Part shown: positions 26,473-39,000 of the stretch, one piece after another
Numbering within the stretch: the stretch's first letter is position 1
How the letters are laid out: each line of letters begins with the position of its first letter
Origin: Podarcis melisellensis
Taxonomy: Eukaryota
Direction: 5' to 3' (one strand)
Length of the DNA: 64,000 nt
NCBI GenBank assembly: GCA_964234715.1
Contig: OZ174289.1
Translations under genes and position numbers: made by a program
The notes under the pieces: generated by a model
Databases searched by the model: none
What the model was told of the DNA's origin: nothing
The model's input: only the letters and a program-made list of their open reading frames with translations

Positions 26473-27239
26473 TACATAATTAGGATAACTGAAAACTTGA
26501 TCTTTTGTGTGCCTGCGACTGCACCATCCCAAAGTGCACTGAAACTGCTTGCACAGGCCACAGCAGGGCCCAAGGCTTGGCCTTCTCAGTGGTGGCACTG
26601 CAGCTTTGAGACTAACTATGCAGCAAGGCCCAGCTACCCTACCTTACTGGTGAAATGAATAGGTAGAGTGAATATTTTTTATTCTCTCAGGCATTAAAAG
26701 ATTGATCTATAGGTACTTGGGTAGTTGATTTTTGTTGTTGATTTTTGAAAGCTGCTATTTTCAAACAACTATATGTCCTCTTGGGCACTTTTGCTGCAAG
26801 AAAACAATCAAGAGCACTTATAAATCAGAGACAGGTAACCTGTAGCCTTCCAGGTGTTGCCAGACCTCAGCTCCCATCACCCCAGCTAGCATGATCATTG
26901 GCCAAGAAATGATGGGGAACGGAAGACAACAACATCTGGCATGGCACAAGTTTCCTAACTCTGTTCTGAATTAAAAGCCAAGGGACTTGCTCATTCCACC
27001 TGCAAAGGTTTAGCAAACCTCCAAAATTTGGGCAATATTCACCCATGATGAAATGACTTCTACCAGCTGACCACGAAGCCTGTAAATACACCCCACTCCA
27101 ACCCACTCAAGGATCTCATTGTGCTGGCTACAATGTGACTCCTGGAAGTTAAAAATCAGAAGCTGACAGATGTCACTTCCACCATTACGTCCCACACCCT
27201 GCATCTTTCATTGACTCTGAAAGAAGAGGGACCGCAGTA

Positions 27240-27462
27240 CAGTCATCCCTCTGGTTGCAAATGAGATCCGTGCAGGAGGCACGTTCGCAACCCGCAGCGT
27301 TTGCAGCCTGAAGCACCACTTCTGTGCATGACGTCATTTTGTGCTTCTGCCATGTGCTTCTGCTGAAACACGGAAGTAACTCGTTCTGGTACTTCAGGGT
27401 TCAGCCCGGCCCGCAACCCGAAAACACACAACCTGCTGCGTTCGTAACCCAAGGTATGACTG
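27240..27462. mobile_element. Tc1/mariner-type MITE, second family
   Basis: TA|CAGTCATCCCTCTGGTTGC ... GTAACCCAAGGTATGACTG|TA. Shares gatccgtgc, gcaacccgcagcgt and gaaaacacacaacctg with the 22567 copy. Confidence 0.8.
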
Positions 27463-28174
27463 TAGATGGCTTCCAGTTTAATCTCTGATCTCCAGAATGG
27501 CATCTCCAGAATCATTGGGAAAGAATAACAGCTCAGCTCAGTAAGAAGCCATTACTAATGTCTTGAGGTCTAAATACACAAAGGGGCACAACTCTCTACA
27601 GTGGCCCTGACTGTGCATTAAGAGCTGCAACAGAAACCCTCCTCATGCTCCTGCCAAGAGCTTCATTGTGACACGGCCTGTGAGTGGAATTCCCTCCCTC
27701 CAGTGTTATGATTGGCACCATCACTTGCCACCTTTCAATGCCAATTAAATATATTTTATTTTCCCTTTTGTTGGGAACTGTTTTGATGTGCTGCTGCTGC
27801 TGTTGCTGCAATTTCTGCTGAGGACTAACTTGATAATCGAGTTCTAGATTATTTGCTGCAAATGTTTTTGATTGCATTTTTATGCATTTTATTGTGGTGT
27901 AGCCCACCCTAGAATCATGCAATTGATGAAGGGTGGGATATAAGTGAAATAAATCAATCACTTGAAGCATCACTTTTTAGTTTTCCAAAACACTTTTCAA
28001 TTGGCTTGTCATTCATTTGTAGTTAATTGACACCACTTGGGGGATAGACAGGCCAATTTCAAGAATTCCTCCTTAATGGTACTCAGCTCTACCAGTCTCA
28101 GGAAGGAAGGCTGTTGTTATTTTAGGAAAGAAAGAGAGACAAAGGCTCTTCCCATAGCAAAAAACCTGCTTTCA

Positions 28175-28393
<219 letters not shown>

Positions 28394-30657
28394 TTACTGA
28401 AAGTTAGCTAGGATATAAATATGGAAAGCAGACTTTTCTCTAACATTTGCTAGCTGAAATTGATGCTTCACCACTTATTCAAACCAAACCTTGGCTCTTA
28501 TCAGGGTTGATGTGAGAGGCTAGTAACTGATAGAAGAGGAGCAATTGCTTATCTATGGAAGAATTAATTTGCCCATCTCTCTCCATCAAAGGTCCAGATC
28601 CCACTTACCTGTTGCTCTTAGAAGTTCAAAGATGTGCAAACCAAGATTTCAGATTACTGATAAACTTATTTATAGTGTGTTATCTAGATATTAATGAGAC
28701 ACACATTTTGGGTGGTGTGGGAAATCCTAACATTGTACAAGGTACTCTGACTTCATCTGCATCTCCATCTGCCTCTTTTCCTCTAGGGCAAGGGTGAAGC
28801 AACTTGTGGCCCTCCAGGTGCTGTTAGACAAGCACTGCCACAACACCTGAAAATGGGCTGCTCCCATGAGAAGGGAGCAGATGAAGGCAGAAGCCGGCGT
28901 AGCAATCCGCGGCAGCACCTGGGGGTATGTTATGCGAGTGCAGCCCCCACACCAGGAGGGAAGAAGCTGGTGTGTGCCATCCCAGCACTGTCAGAAAAAA
29001 CATTGTGGGGTGCACTGCTGGGAGACTGCCCGGGACTCGGGAGGGAAACCTGCAGGCCAGCACATACCAGCCACGCTTATCCCAGGTGCCCCTTCCAGGT
29101 GCCCACCTGATGAAGCACCCCACACTGCTTTTTCCGACAGCACTGGACCCACTTGTGGCTGGAAGGGATGCAGCAGCTGCAATGCTCTGCCGGCTGGCTC
29201 ACGCCGCGTCAGCGGTGTGCCCAGTGCTGCTTTTGGGGGCAGTGCTGGGCCTGCTGGAGGGCAGCTGAGGCTGGTTGGGAGGTGGGTGGCTGAGGCACCC
29301 TGCAGGCAGTGCGCCATCTCACCCTGGTCACCTTGCGCTGCATTTGCAGGCAGTGCTGGGTCCACCTGCTGGAGGGCGCCCTGCAGCCTATGGTGCCCCC
29401 TTCCCCTTCCACCGCTACTGCTGGTATCTCAATGATGCAGCAAGAACCCTAGTTAGGGGTGGGGGCAAATATTTGGGCTCTGGTTCAGGCAGCAAAATTT
29501 ATTTCATTTTGGAATAGATGTGAACCAGAAGGAAGTGTTGGCCAAGAAGTATTGAGCAGGGTTTAATTGTTCAGTTTACTGGTGTGATACTGAAGACGGA
29601 GTAGTTATGCATATTCATTTCCTAGCCATAATTATCATTACAGATCTCTTCAATAAAACTCAGTTCTTAAAAAGAAAATTCTGTGAAGTCTTTTCTCCCC
29701 CTCCCTTTAGAAAACTCCCTGTAAGTGTTTTCCCTCCAAGCTCCATTCCCCCTCCAGGCTTGCCACAATCAAACTACCACGATAGGACGGCTACTCCATA
29801 GGGAGCTTCCATCTGGCATGCTACAGCCCATCAGTATCATGGTGTGCTTATCCCCCGGCATTCTACCGCTCTCCCTGGAGCCGTGTTTCTCTCATTACTC
29901 CACTTCCACTTATTTTGTCTAGGCTTTCTGTTCTTTGAGAGGAACTGTTTGCAAAATATGCTTCTGAAAGGTGCAGCTGTTCCCTTTCCAAGTGGCAGCA
30001 ACCTTTTTCATTGCCACACCAGTTAGGGGTGCACCCATTTGCATAACCAAAATGTCACTGCGGAGTTCTTAAAGTGCTGTCAGGCATGCTGTATAAGGAG
30101 AGGTTGGCAATGAGCTTTACTACCAAAAAGGCCTTGCAACCAACCAGCGGCCCATGCAAAACATGAGAGAACGGGTGAGACTTGGTGATTGGCTGGTATG
30201 TGTCAGTCCGTGTAAGGCAAGCTGAGAAGCTAGGATCACACCATGACTGAAGAACCAACATGACTAGTGTTAAACTGTTACATCTGTCTGCACCCAATCA
30301 GCATGGAAGTTTGCCTCCAAGTACTAAATAATTGGCCACGAACTTCTGCCCCTCCTAGAATAACCACGTCTTTTCTGTCCTTTCATTTGGGAATTCCTGT
30401 ACGCAGCAAGGATTCATATATAAATTCCTGTCCTGCCAGGAGCAGTTCAGCTGGTCATAAAAGTTGGCTCTTGCAGCCAATGGCACACACAGTTCATCCA
30501 GGGGGCTTAGCTGAGGGTTCCCTAATTTCAGTGGATCCACTCTGAGTAAGACTAACATTAGCTACAACCCACTGGCTGTAAAGAAGTGTCAAATCCTATA
30601 GCATTGGACAAGTCACCAACAAATCAAGACAAGAAAATCATAGAGTCTTGTGACCTA

Positions 30658-30849
<192 letters not shown>

Positions 30850-32157
30850 CTAAGAAGGAAGGGACAGTTACAGGGGCAAAGTTACAGGGACAGTTACAGG
30901 TTTTAGCAAAGTCATATCACATCCTGATCTCAACAAGAAGAAAATGTTTACAAATTTTCCATGTACCCAGCCTTAAGACAGCTGGTTGTTTTTCTTTATT
31001 ATCAATTAACTACATTATCAATTAGCATTTATTATTATTATTATTAATTTTAACTCTTAGTAAAGCACTGGCAATTGTCTAAGCACTGTACAGAGATTAA
31101 AAACAAGACAATTATTGCCCACAGGCTCACAATCTGATAGACACAATATAAAATGAAAAAGAAATTGGGAGGGAAGAGGAAAGCAAGCATTGGAGCAGCT
31201 GCACTTTCAGTGACCAATGCATTGATGGGTTCAGGTTCTTCCCCTTGCCATGATGTTCTTCCTGGGAGACAGGGCGTGCAGTCTCCTAGTGACCTTTGGT
31301 TCCCTGGTGGATTCTAGGATGGAATAGTCTGAGCAGATTTATAAGTCCCCTGGTTCTGGGAAACCATCAAGCTTGGCTAGTAATATCTGTTCAGAGACAT
31401 TTTCAGCAGTAGTAATGGGGAAGTGACAAAGCTGATGTTTGGTGGTGATTTTACTAGAGGAAAAAGGGAGAAACAAAACAGGTATTTGATGGTAGGCTTT
31501 AGCTAAGACTATGAGACTTTGAAATAGAGAAGGGCATTCAGAATGTATCTGCCCTCATATACTAGGTATGGAAGAGGGATATAACCCAGGGAATCCTTCT
31601 GCAACCTGGTGCCCTCCAGATGTTTTGGACTACAACTCCCATCAGCCTCAGCTATAATGGCCAATGATCAGTGATCATGGGGGTTGTAGTGCAAAACACC
31701 TGGAGGGCACAGAGGCCAAGAGACATGTTCTGAGGTGTGGGCACAAAATGCAGCAACCTAAAGAAGATAAGCAGGTTGGGGGCCTGGTTGGGAGATATCT
31801 GTGAACCCTATGTATGCTGCCCTGAGTTCTATGATAGAAGATAGAGGATATAAATGTGCCAAATATATAAATATGTGGATTTGGCTTCACCTGCCAAACT
31901 GATCAGCTTAACAGCTAGCATACCACAAGCTCTTCCCTGGCACATCGGCACCATCCCCTCTCACAATTTCTCCCCCCCCCCCAATTTTTAATTTTAACAT
32001 ATCAGTTGAAGAAAGTGCTGAGATAAAATCTCCCCCTCCCATTTTATGACCTGAAAATAAATTGGGGTTCAGGGGGACTTCAGTTTTGTGGGTACACAAT
32101 TTTCAAGGGGAAGCTCACTGGAGCTCCATTGCATTTGGGGGAATAGGAAATTCAGGG

Positions 32158-33012
32158 TGTTGTTGGTACCTGTCTGTCTCAAGAGACTATGGAGTAAAAC
32201 CGCTGGAGAAATCACAGCGTTTGCTGTGGCTGCAGGGACCAGTAACTCGTAACTGCTGCCTCCTGTGCCGTTTTCACTGTGTTATCAGCACTAAAGTAAC
32301 CTCACTGGGGAGCAAGCCAGGGCAGTGTGTATGAGGGTCCTGGGCTTCCCAAATGACAAGACCTCCCTTCTCAGCTTCACTGATGTGGTCCAAAAGAAAG
32401 CAGAGCAATACATTTGGCACCAGCTTGGCTGCAGGAGTTGCTGGAAGGAGGCGTACCAGATACCATCCAACCATCTTAGGGACTCCACTCTGGATTTGTG
32501 TAGGGTTTACTCCTTAGCCTTTTCTTCTCCCAAAGATGGCCCACAAGGCAGCAGGTACAGATCTTTCCTCGGGGTTTACTCTCGAAGCCTTTCTTACAAA
32601 TGACTATAGCCAAAAGGTAGCAGAGGTTCAGGATCAGAGTTTTCCTTCTTCTATATGGGCTGCCTTCCCAGGTTGACATACCCCATCAGCCCCTCACTTC
32701 CTTCTACAGCACATGCAGAAACCACCTTTTTTGACTGTTAGGCCCACTATTGGTCTCATCTGCTCAATCTGCTGGAGCCTGTCTTTGCATGCAGGGAAGT
32801 CCCTAACTCACTGAAGGTTTGAGACCCCTTGGCTGCCCTTAGCTGGCCAGTCAAAGCCATTCTGGGAGTGTGCCTGCTGTCACATGCTGACAGCTTCTAG
32901 GAGACACTCAGGTGAGAACTGAGTGCAGGGGGAACCAAAGGTGGACAAACTACCCAGGAGCATGACATGTTGCCTGCCAGAGGTACTACCTCTCCCCTAA
33001 CACCCCATACAC
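32158..33012 (-). mobile_element. Non-autonomous RTE-like retroposon, copy B (sense to PBX3)
   Basis: Reverse complement aligns with copy A from its 5' end and terminates GAGACAGACAGGTACCAACAACA. Contains an internal diverged duplication of the GGAGTAAACCC module (~32502-32625). Confidence 0.7.
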
Positions 33013-35897
33013 AGGGAGCAAACGGCAGCCACCAGCTGCTCAGGGCTGCAAAAGAGCTCCTTTTAAGTCCCACCCCCCAGTAAATGTGCAAAAAGGGGGC
33101 AATCTCATCCGCAACCTGCTGCCTCCAAATTCAGGTAGTTTTCCTTCACAGTTCTGATCAGCTGGTGACTATTATTTTCTTTTCCCCAGAATTCCCTGAA
33201 TAAAAAAGATGTTTGCCCTAGCCCTATGTTCTATGTAACTTGAAAGCTCTTATATTATGCTTAACACTCTTGCCCCTCAGCCAACCCTAATAAAAGGTAT
33301 GGGTTTTCAGTCTCTGCAAAGTTCTCTCCACAGAGCTCCACAGGAACTGTGTGATCAGCTCTTAAGCTTCCACCAACAAGGTGTCCTGATAAAAGGTATC
33401 ACCACCACATAATCTCCAAATGCTCCTTGGATCCAACATCTGTCCTGCTGATAGAATATTTCACATATCTGAAAGCTACAGAACTACCACCTCATTCTCC
33501 ATTTTCCTTCCTCAAGATTTAACGTGCCCACTGCCTTTCAGGATCAAACTAAGCAAGATTTTAATTGCATGATTGTCATTAATCTGTTTTTATAATTTAC
33601 ATAGCAGCTATGGATGTGTGTAAACAGGATAGGGACTGGACTCGAACCATTTCTTCCTTAATAGTCCTGATAAAAAGATTCCTTTCTTCTGGAAGCTATT
33701 ACTCACTCTGGAAGATAAGCTACTAGTAGTGCCAATGAAAGTTTCTCGAATAGCAGCTTCCAGGTGGGGGGCATTGTTTATAGTGGGAGGGTTAAACCAC
33801 GGTCCCAAATGATGCTGCCCCACACACCCAACAGCTGTTATTTAAAATGTAAAAGTAATACATAATTGTAATCATGCAATTAATGTCAGGCAGTCTTTAC
33901 AAGAAGAGTTGCTATCCCCAGCCCTCTTGTTACTATCCTTTTATCTTATTTGGACCAAATAAGTTATTTGCAGAGCTTATACCAAAATATTTGCTGGAAA
34001 ACAAAACAAAACAAAACAAAACCATACATTATCAAAAGCTCCTGTAAGCCCAAAGTATGCACCCACAGAGGACCTGTTGCCTGCAGCATCTCTTTAGGAT
34101 TCCCTGCTCAGGCCCTGCTGTCTTCCAATCAGCCTCCATTGGTTTGTAAATTTTATTCCCACTGCATCTCTACACCCAGCATGATAAATGTTAATTCAAT
34201 TGTGACTAGTCCACAAATGCAGCAGGTTTACCTGTCCCAGGAGGAGGCTGTTTGGCTACTCCAGCCTTGCTTCTTTCTACTGAGCCACTGATAAGGGGGT
34301 GTTATAAGGTTTTGTAATCACTCTTGATGCAATGACCCCACAGAATGGCCCAGTCTTATATGTGGTCTGTTGCATTTCTTTACAAGTAACTGTCCTGAGC
34401 TTCCTTTCTTCCTATCCATCTTCCAAACAGCAATTAACATTGACAACAAAGGACAGTGTAATGATTACTCAAACTTTTTCAGGTGCAAGAGTGAAGTTTG
34501 CGTCCAGTTTTAACCTGGAGAAAAAGTGAGCTTCAGTTGTGAGATGCTTGGGAAACAATAAGAGACTAGCTACTTTCTGGGAAGTGGAAGCTGGGGGATG
34601 CTGTTGCCCTGATGTTCATGGGCCTTGTGGAGGCACTTGGTTAGTCACTGTGGGAAACACAGGATGCTAGACTGGATGGACTGATGGTCTAATCCAGAAG
34701 AGCTCTTGTTACAGTCTTCATCACTCTAAAGTTAAGAAAGTGGATAAAGTCACTCTGTTGCTTTTGGACTGCAGGGGGAAGGACAGAGAATTAAGGGCCA
34801 GTAGGTAGCTTCACCACTTCTACCCAAGCAAGAACATCAGCAGGGGAAGATCACCCTGGCCCCAACTGGGTATAAATGCCCCATTTACATCTCATAGTTT
34901 CATTCTGGCCTTGTCATCCTGATTGGATCTCCCTCTTCTATATTTTCATTCCACTCCCTTTGTGCCTCTTCTGCTTTTAGTTTGTAATTATTATTTTTTC
35001 ATTGGCATGCGCCACTTAGGGAGACAATATATGTCTGAAAAGGAGGATAACATTAAAATAAAAGCCACCCACACTCACCTCACCAATTAACCTGGAGGTT
35101 AAAAGTTTACAAGCTCAGGTAATGTCTGCCTGTTCAGAGAAGAGAAAATACACCACCACCCTCATCTTCGTTTCCTCCAAACATCTCTCGTAACTTATTA
35201 AAGCGAAGACGCCTATGAATGCAAACGCTGATTAGCAATTTGGCAGCAGACCAGCATATCCATGGGATTCACANNNNNNNNNNNNNNNNNNNNNNNNNNN
35301 NNNNNNNNNNNNNNNNNNNNNNNNNNNNNNNNNNNNNNNNNNNNNNNNNNNNNNNNNNNNNNNNNNNNNNNNNNNNNNNNNNNNNNNNNNNNNNNNNNNN
35401 NNNNNNNNNNNNNNNNNNNNNNNNNNNNNNNNNNNNNGTTACTCTCTTTTGCCTTTACACATCTGAAAGTAAAAAATTACAGGTCGTAACCCTCTACCAA
35501 GTCTGTAGCGCTTTGAATGCAATGCCTGGCAGAGCACTTGGACCTCACTCCAAGGACTCTTGGGGAGGAAGAGGAAGAACACACATCACTGCTGCATGAA
35601 AATAGGAGGGAGAGACTCTTGAGGCCTTGGAGATTTTAACTGCTTTGAGGGCTGTTTTTTTTTTTTAATACAATCAAGCAATATATAATTTTTATCAGCT
35701 AAAATAAATCAAATTAATGGCAGTGGCATCATTCCTGGTTCCTTGAACTACAACTATGTTTCTTACCCCTGAAGAACTAGCATGCACCATGATTCCCAAT
35801 GTTGCCGGAAATATACAAGTGTACTTCTAAGACCATGGACATATTATATTTGCTACTATTCCAATAAGAATAATGGAAGCTGGAGGAACAAGCAGGC

Positions 35898-36062
35898 AGA
35901 GGGACCTTAGCTCAGTGGGAGAGCACATACTTTGCATTCAGAAAGTCCCAAGTTGAGTCCCAACCATCTCCAGGTGAAAACTTGGGGAGCTGATACCAGT
36001 AAGACATCATTACTGAGATGAACTTCACCCTAAGGCACTATATGATAGCTTCTTATGTTCCT
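35898..36062 (+). mobile_element. Squamate tRNA-derived SINE. Related copies near 15655-15835, 24955-25160 and 46030-46190
   Basis: TAGCTCAGTGG..GAGCAC..CTTTGCAT.CAGAA.GTCCCA.GTT.A.TCC head and a ...GCTTCTTATGTTCCT tail. Confidence 0.65.
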
Positions 36063-39000
36063 GGCTTGGAAAAGCTACTCTGGCCTTCACAAAATTAAAC
36101 AAATTCAAATGTATGTCTTTGTCAAAGGTGTGAGGGGAAATGAGCTATGCAAATGAAGCTACAGCCCCTGCAAATCCTGCCAAGTCCCCACTCCAATTTA
36201 AGAGATTTAATAGGTATTGTCCACAGAGAAGCAACTCTTGCTATCATGAGAATTAGAAACTTAACATTTTTTAAATGCAGGGATGGGGGGACCTGTGGCC
36301 CTCCACAACTGTTGTGCTCCCAACTCCCATCAGTCTTAGTGGGTCAGAAATGATTATAGTTGTAATCCACCAACATCTGGGGAGGCACAGGAACCCCATT
36401 CCTTCTGCAAAGTGTTTGCCCTTCTCCATATGTATCCTTGATTATAAAGGTCTGATGGATCAGACTAAAGGTTTGTGTAATCCAATGTATTGCTTTCCAC
36501 AGTGACCAACCAGGTTAAGCCTTTCTTCACCCCATAGATCATATTTGGTTGCCCTTTTCTGCAGCTTTCCTAACTCTGCAAACATCCTTTCTGAAATGGG
36601 GTAACCAGGAGAGTTCCATGAAGGTGATGGCAACAGGTTCCCAGCTGCTCTGGGAGGTTTGGGACGTTTGCCTACAGCAAAAACGTATTTCAATGTAATT
36701 ATAGAAGATAGCTTTCAATATGCCATCTCTATTACAGTAGCTGTAAATTATGAAGAGAAGCATTTCTCCTAGCACTGAGAAAGTGGGTGAGAAGCTGATG
36801 GTGTGACACACTTTCTGGAGAGCTCCCCCCGCCCCCCCGGCCTTTCCTGCTGCTTTAAAGTGCATTTCCTTAACTGGCAACAAATGTCAAAATCAAACTC
36901 TGGGCAGGGGGGGAGGAGGGAGGGTGGGAGAAAAACACAGCAATAATGACAACATTGGCCTTTGCTTCTAGGTTCAAAGAAGGCAATGCGAACACAAAAA
37001 GGCAATGAGACTTGGTGGTGCTTTAAAGACTGTGGGGCAGTACTACAGCTGAACAGGGAGCCCAAATGGAGCAACTCACACTTCCTGTTTCCAGGGTTGG
37101 GTACAGCATTCACAATTAGGGCTCTTGGGTTTAACTGAGGCTTTGTGAAACTCCTTTGTGAAACCTTCAAAACACCTGAGTTCCTGATAAGCCATCTAGA
37201 ACTGATAGAACCAAAGGAGTCCCTGCCCTATTGTACCACATCAGATGTTTTAGAGGAAGTGGGATGTGCCCTAGCTTGAAGGATGGTAAGGCACCATCCA
37301 GGACCAGCCCTAGGTTTGAGGGGGACCTGAGCAAAGTGCCGTCTGATGGCATTGAAGCCCTTTGGCACTGTGACTCAACACAGCAGCATTGACAAGCAGA
37401 CAGCTTTAAACAGGGCCTTTCAGACCCTCACATGAATGGTGCACCATTTTGCCCTAAAGGGAAAGTATATGGAGTGGGTGGGACTGTGGGAAGTTAAAAT
37501 GGCAGCTCTACAACCTAGTTGTTTCTTCTCTGATTACAGTGCCAGTTTAAGGAGGGGGATTCACTACTTGCCCGAAGATGCCACATGCTCAAGCCAGCTC
37601 TGGCAACATAACTTCCTAAAGGCCAGTACTTGCACCACTCCCTCCATTTAGTAGGGAATGAATTTCATTTGCTCATCACCCACCTCTTGTTTAGCTTTCA
37701 GCTTAACTCTACCTGCATCTTTGCATGCATTAATTGTGATCCAGCCCAAATGAACAAAACCAATCATGATCTGTGGTCTGCTAGGGATGTTTTCAAAGCA
37801 CTAGAAACCGCCAACTGACACAGGATCTGGTTGCTACCAAATCAGGCCAATGCTCTACTAGTCCAAGAGTGCCAACACCATGGCAACAGCTCTCCAAGGT
37901 AAGGGGATGTTTCCCCAAGTCCTAATATTTGAAAATTGTTTATTTATATGGTACCATTGACGTGGCATTGACAGGCTCCTGCCCTGAGAAGTTAACATTC
38001 CAATTTTTGACAGCACAGAATATGACAGAGAGGGGATGGAAGAGCGGCAGGCCAAGTTACTACAAACTGGTCCAGCAGTCTGTTGCTCAGCATTGCTTGC
38101 ATCCTGCTACTAAGCTACAGTTGCAATGAGTTTCTCAGATCAACCATACTTTCTGCTACAGGTTCCTCTCGACCCTTTCCCTATGTTTATGAATGGATTT
38201 AACCAATAATGTATAAATGGCTAGGGACTAGGTTACCTGAAAGATTGCTGTCTCCCACAGATATCTATCTGAATCTTAAGATCTTCAGAAGTCTTGATCT
38301 GTGTGTTGCTGTCAAGTGAGGTGAAGTGGATCGTTACAAAGGACAGAGCCTTTTCAGTAGTGGCTCCCCAGAATCTATTCCTTTAGGTTTCTCAGAGAGG
38401 CTTGTCTGACACCTTTTTTAAAGACTTTTTGGTGAAGACTTCTTTTTACAATATCTTGAACTTTTAAACTTGTACTTTAAAATAGATTCGATGTGTTTGC
38501 TGCTTTAATGGCTATTCTAGAAAACCCACGTTATGCTCTTTTTTAGTATAACTGTTAGTTGGTTATGCTCTTTTTTAGTATAACTGTAAGCTGAGCTGGA
38601 ATTTGTTTCATTCTGTCTGAAATAGATAAAAGTTTTCTGTTGCTGTGCTTACTGTGTTTTCATTATTGCATGTTTTAATATTGTATGACTGTATTTCAAT
38701 TGTATTATTTATTTAATACTATATTTTACTGTATTTTATAAGTCATCTAGGGAACTTTACTAATGTGTGACCATATCAAATTTAAGACTGATTATATTGA
38801 GCTAAATGTGGATCTGAAAGGGCTGAAGGTCTACTAGTCTGGATCTCTCTCTCTCTCACACACACACTTGTTTATTTTAAATTGCCCCAAGTATTCTCTC
38901 TCCCCTTCCCAGATGAAATCCAGACTGATCTACCTGCTTTCTCTTCACAAACATCTCATGGCCCCTCCACCAGTCTACCCTCCCCTGCTCCCACCTGTAG

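Noticed and set aside
28604-28612. Perfect donor consensus CAG|GTAAGT on the sense strand in intron 4
   Set aside because: No convincing upstream acceptor outside a MITE fragment.
28824-29517. Cluster of long overlapping ORFs (up to 189 aa) on both strands
   Set aside because: GC-rich, internally repetitive, MITE-like sequence within intron 4; low stop density explains the ORFs and no domain is recognisable.
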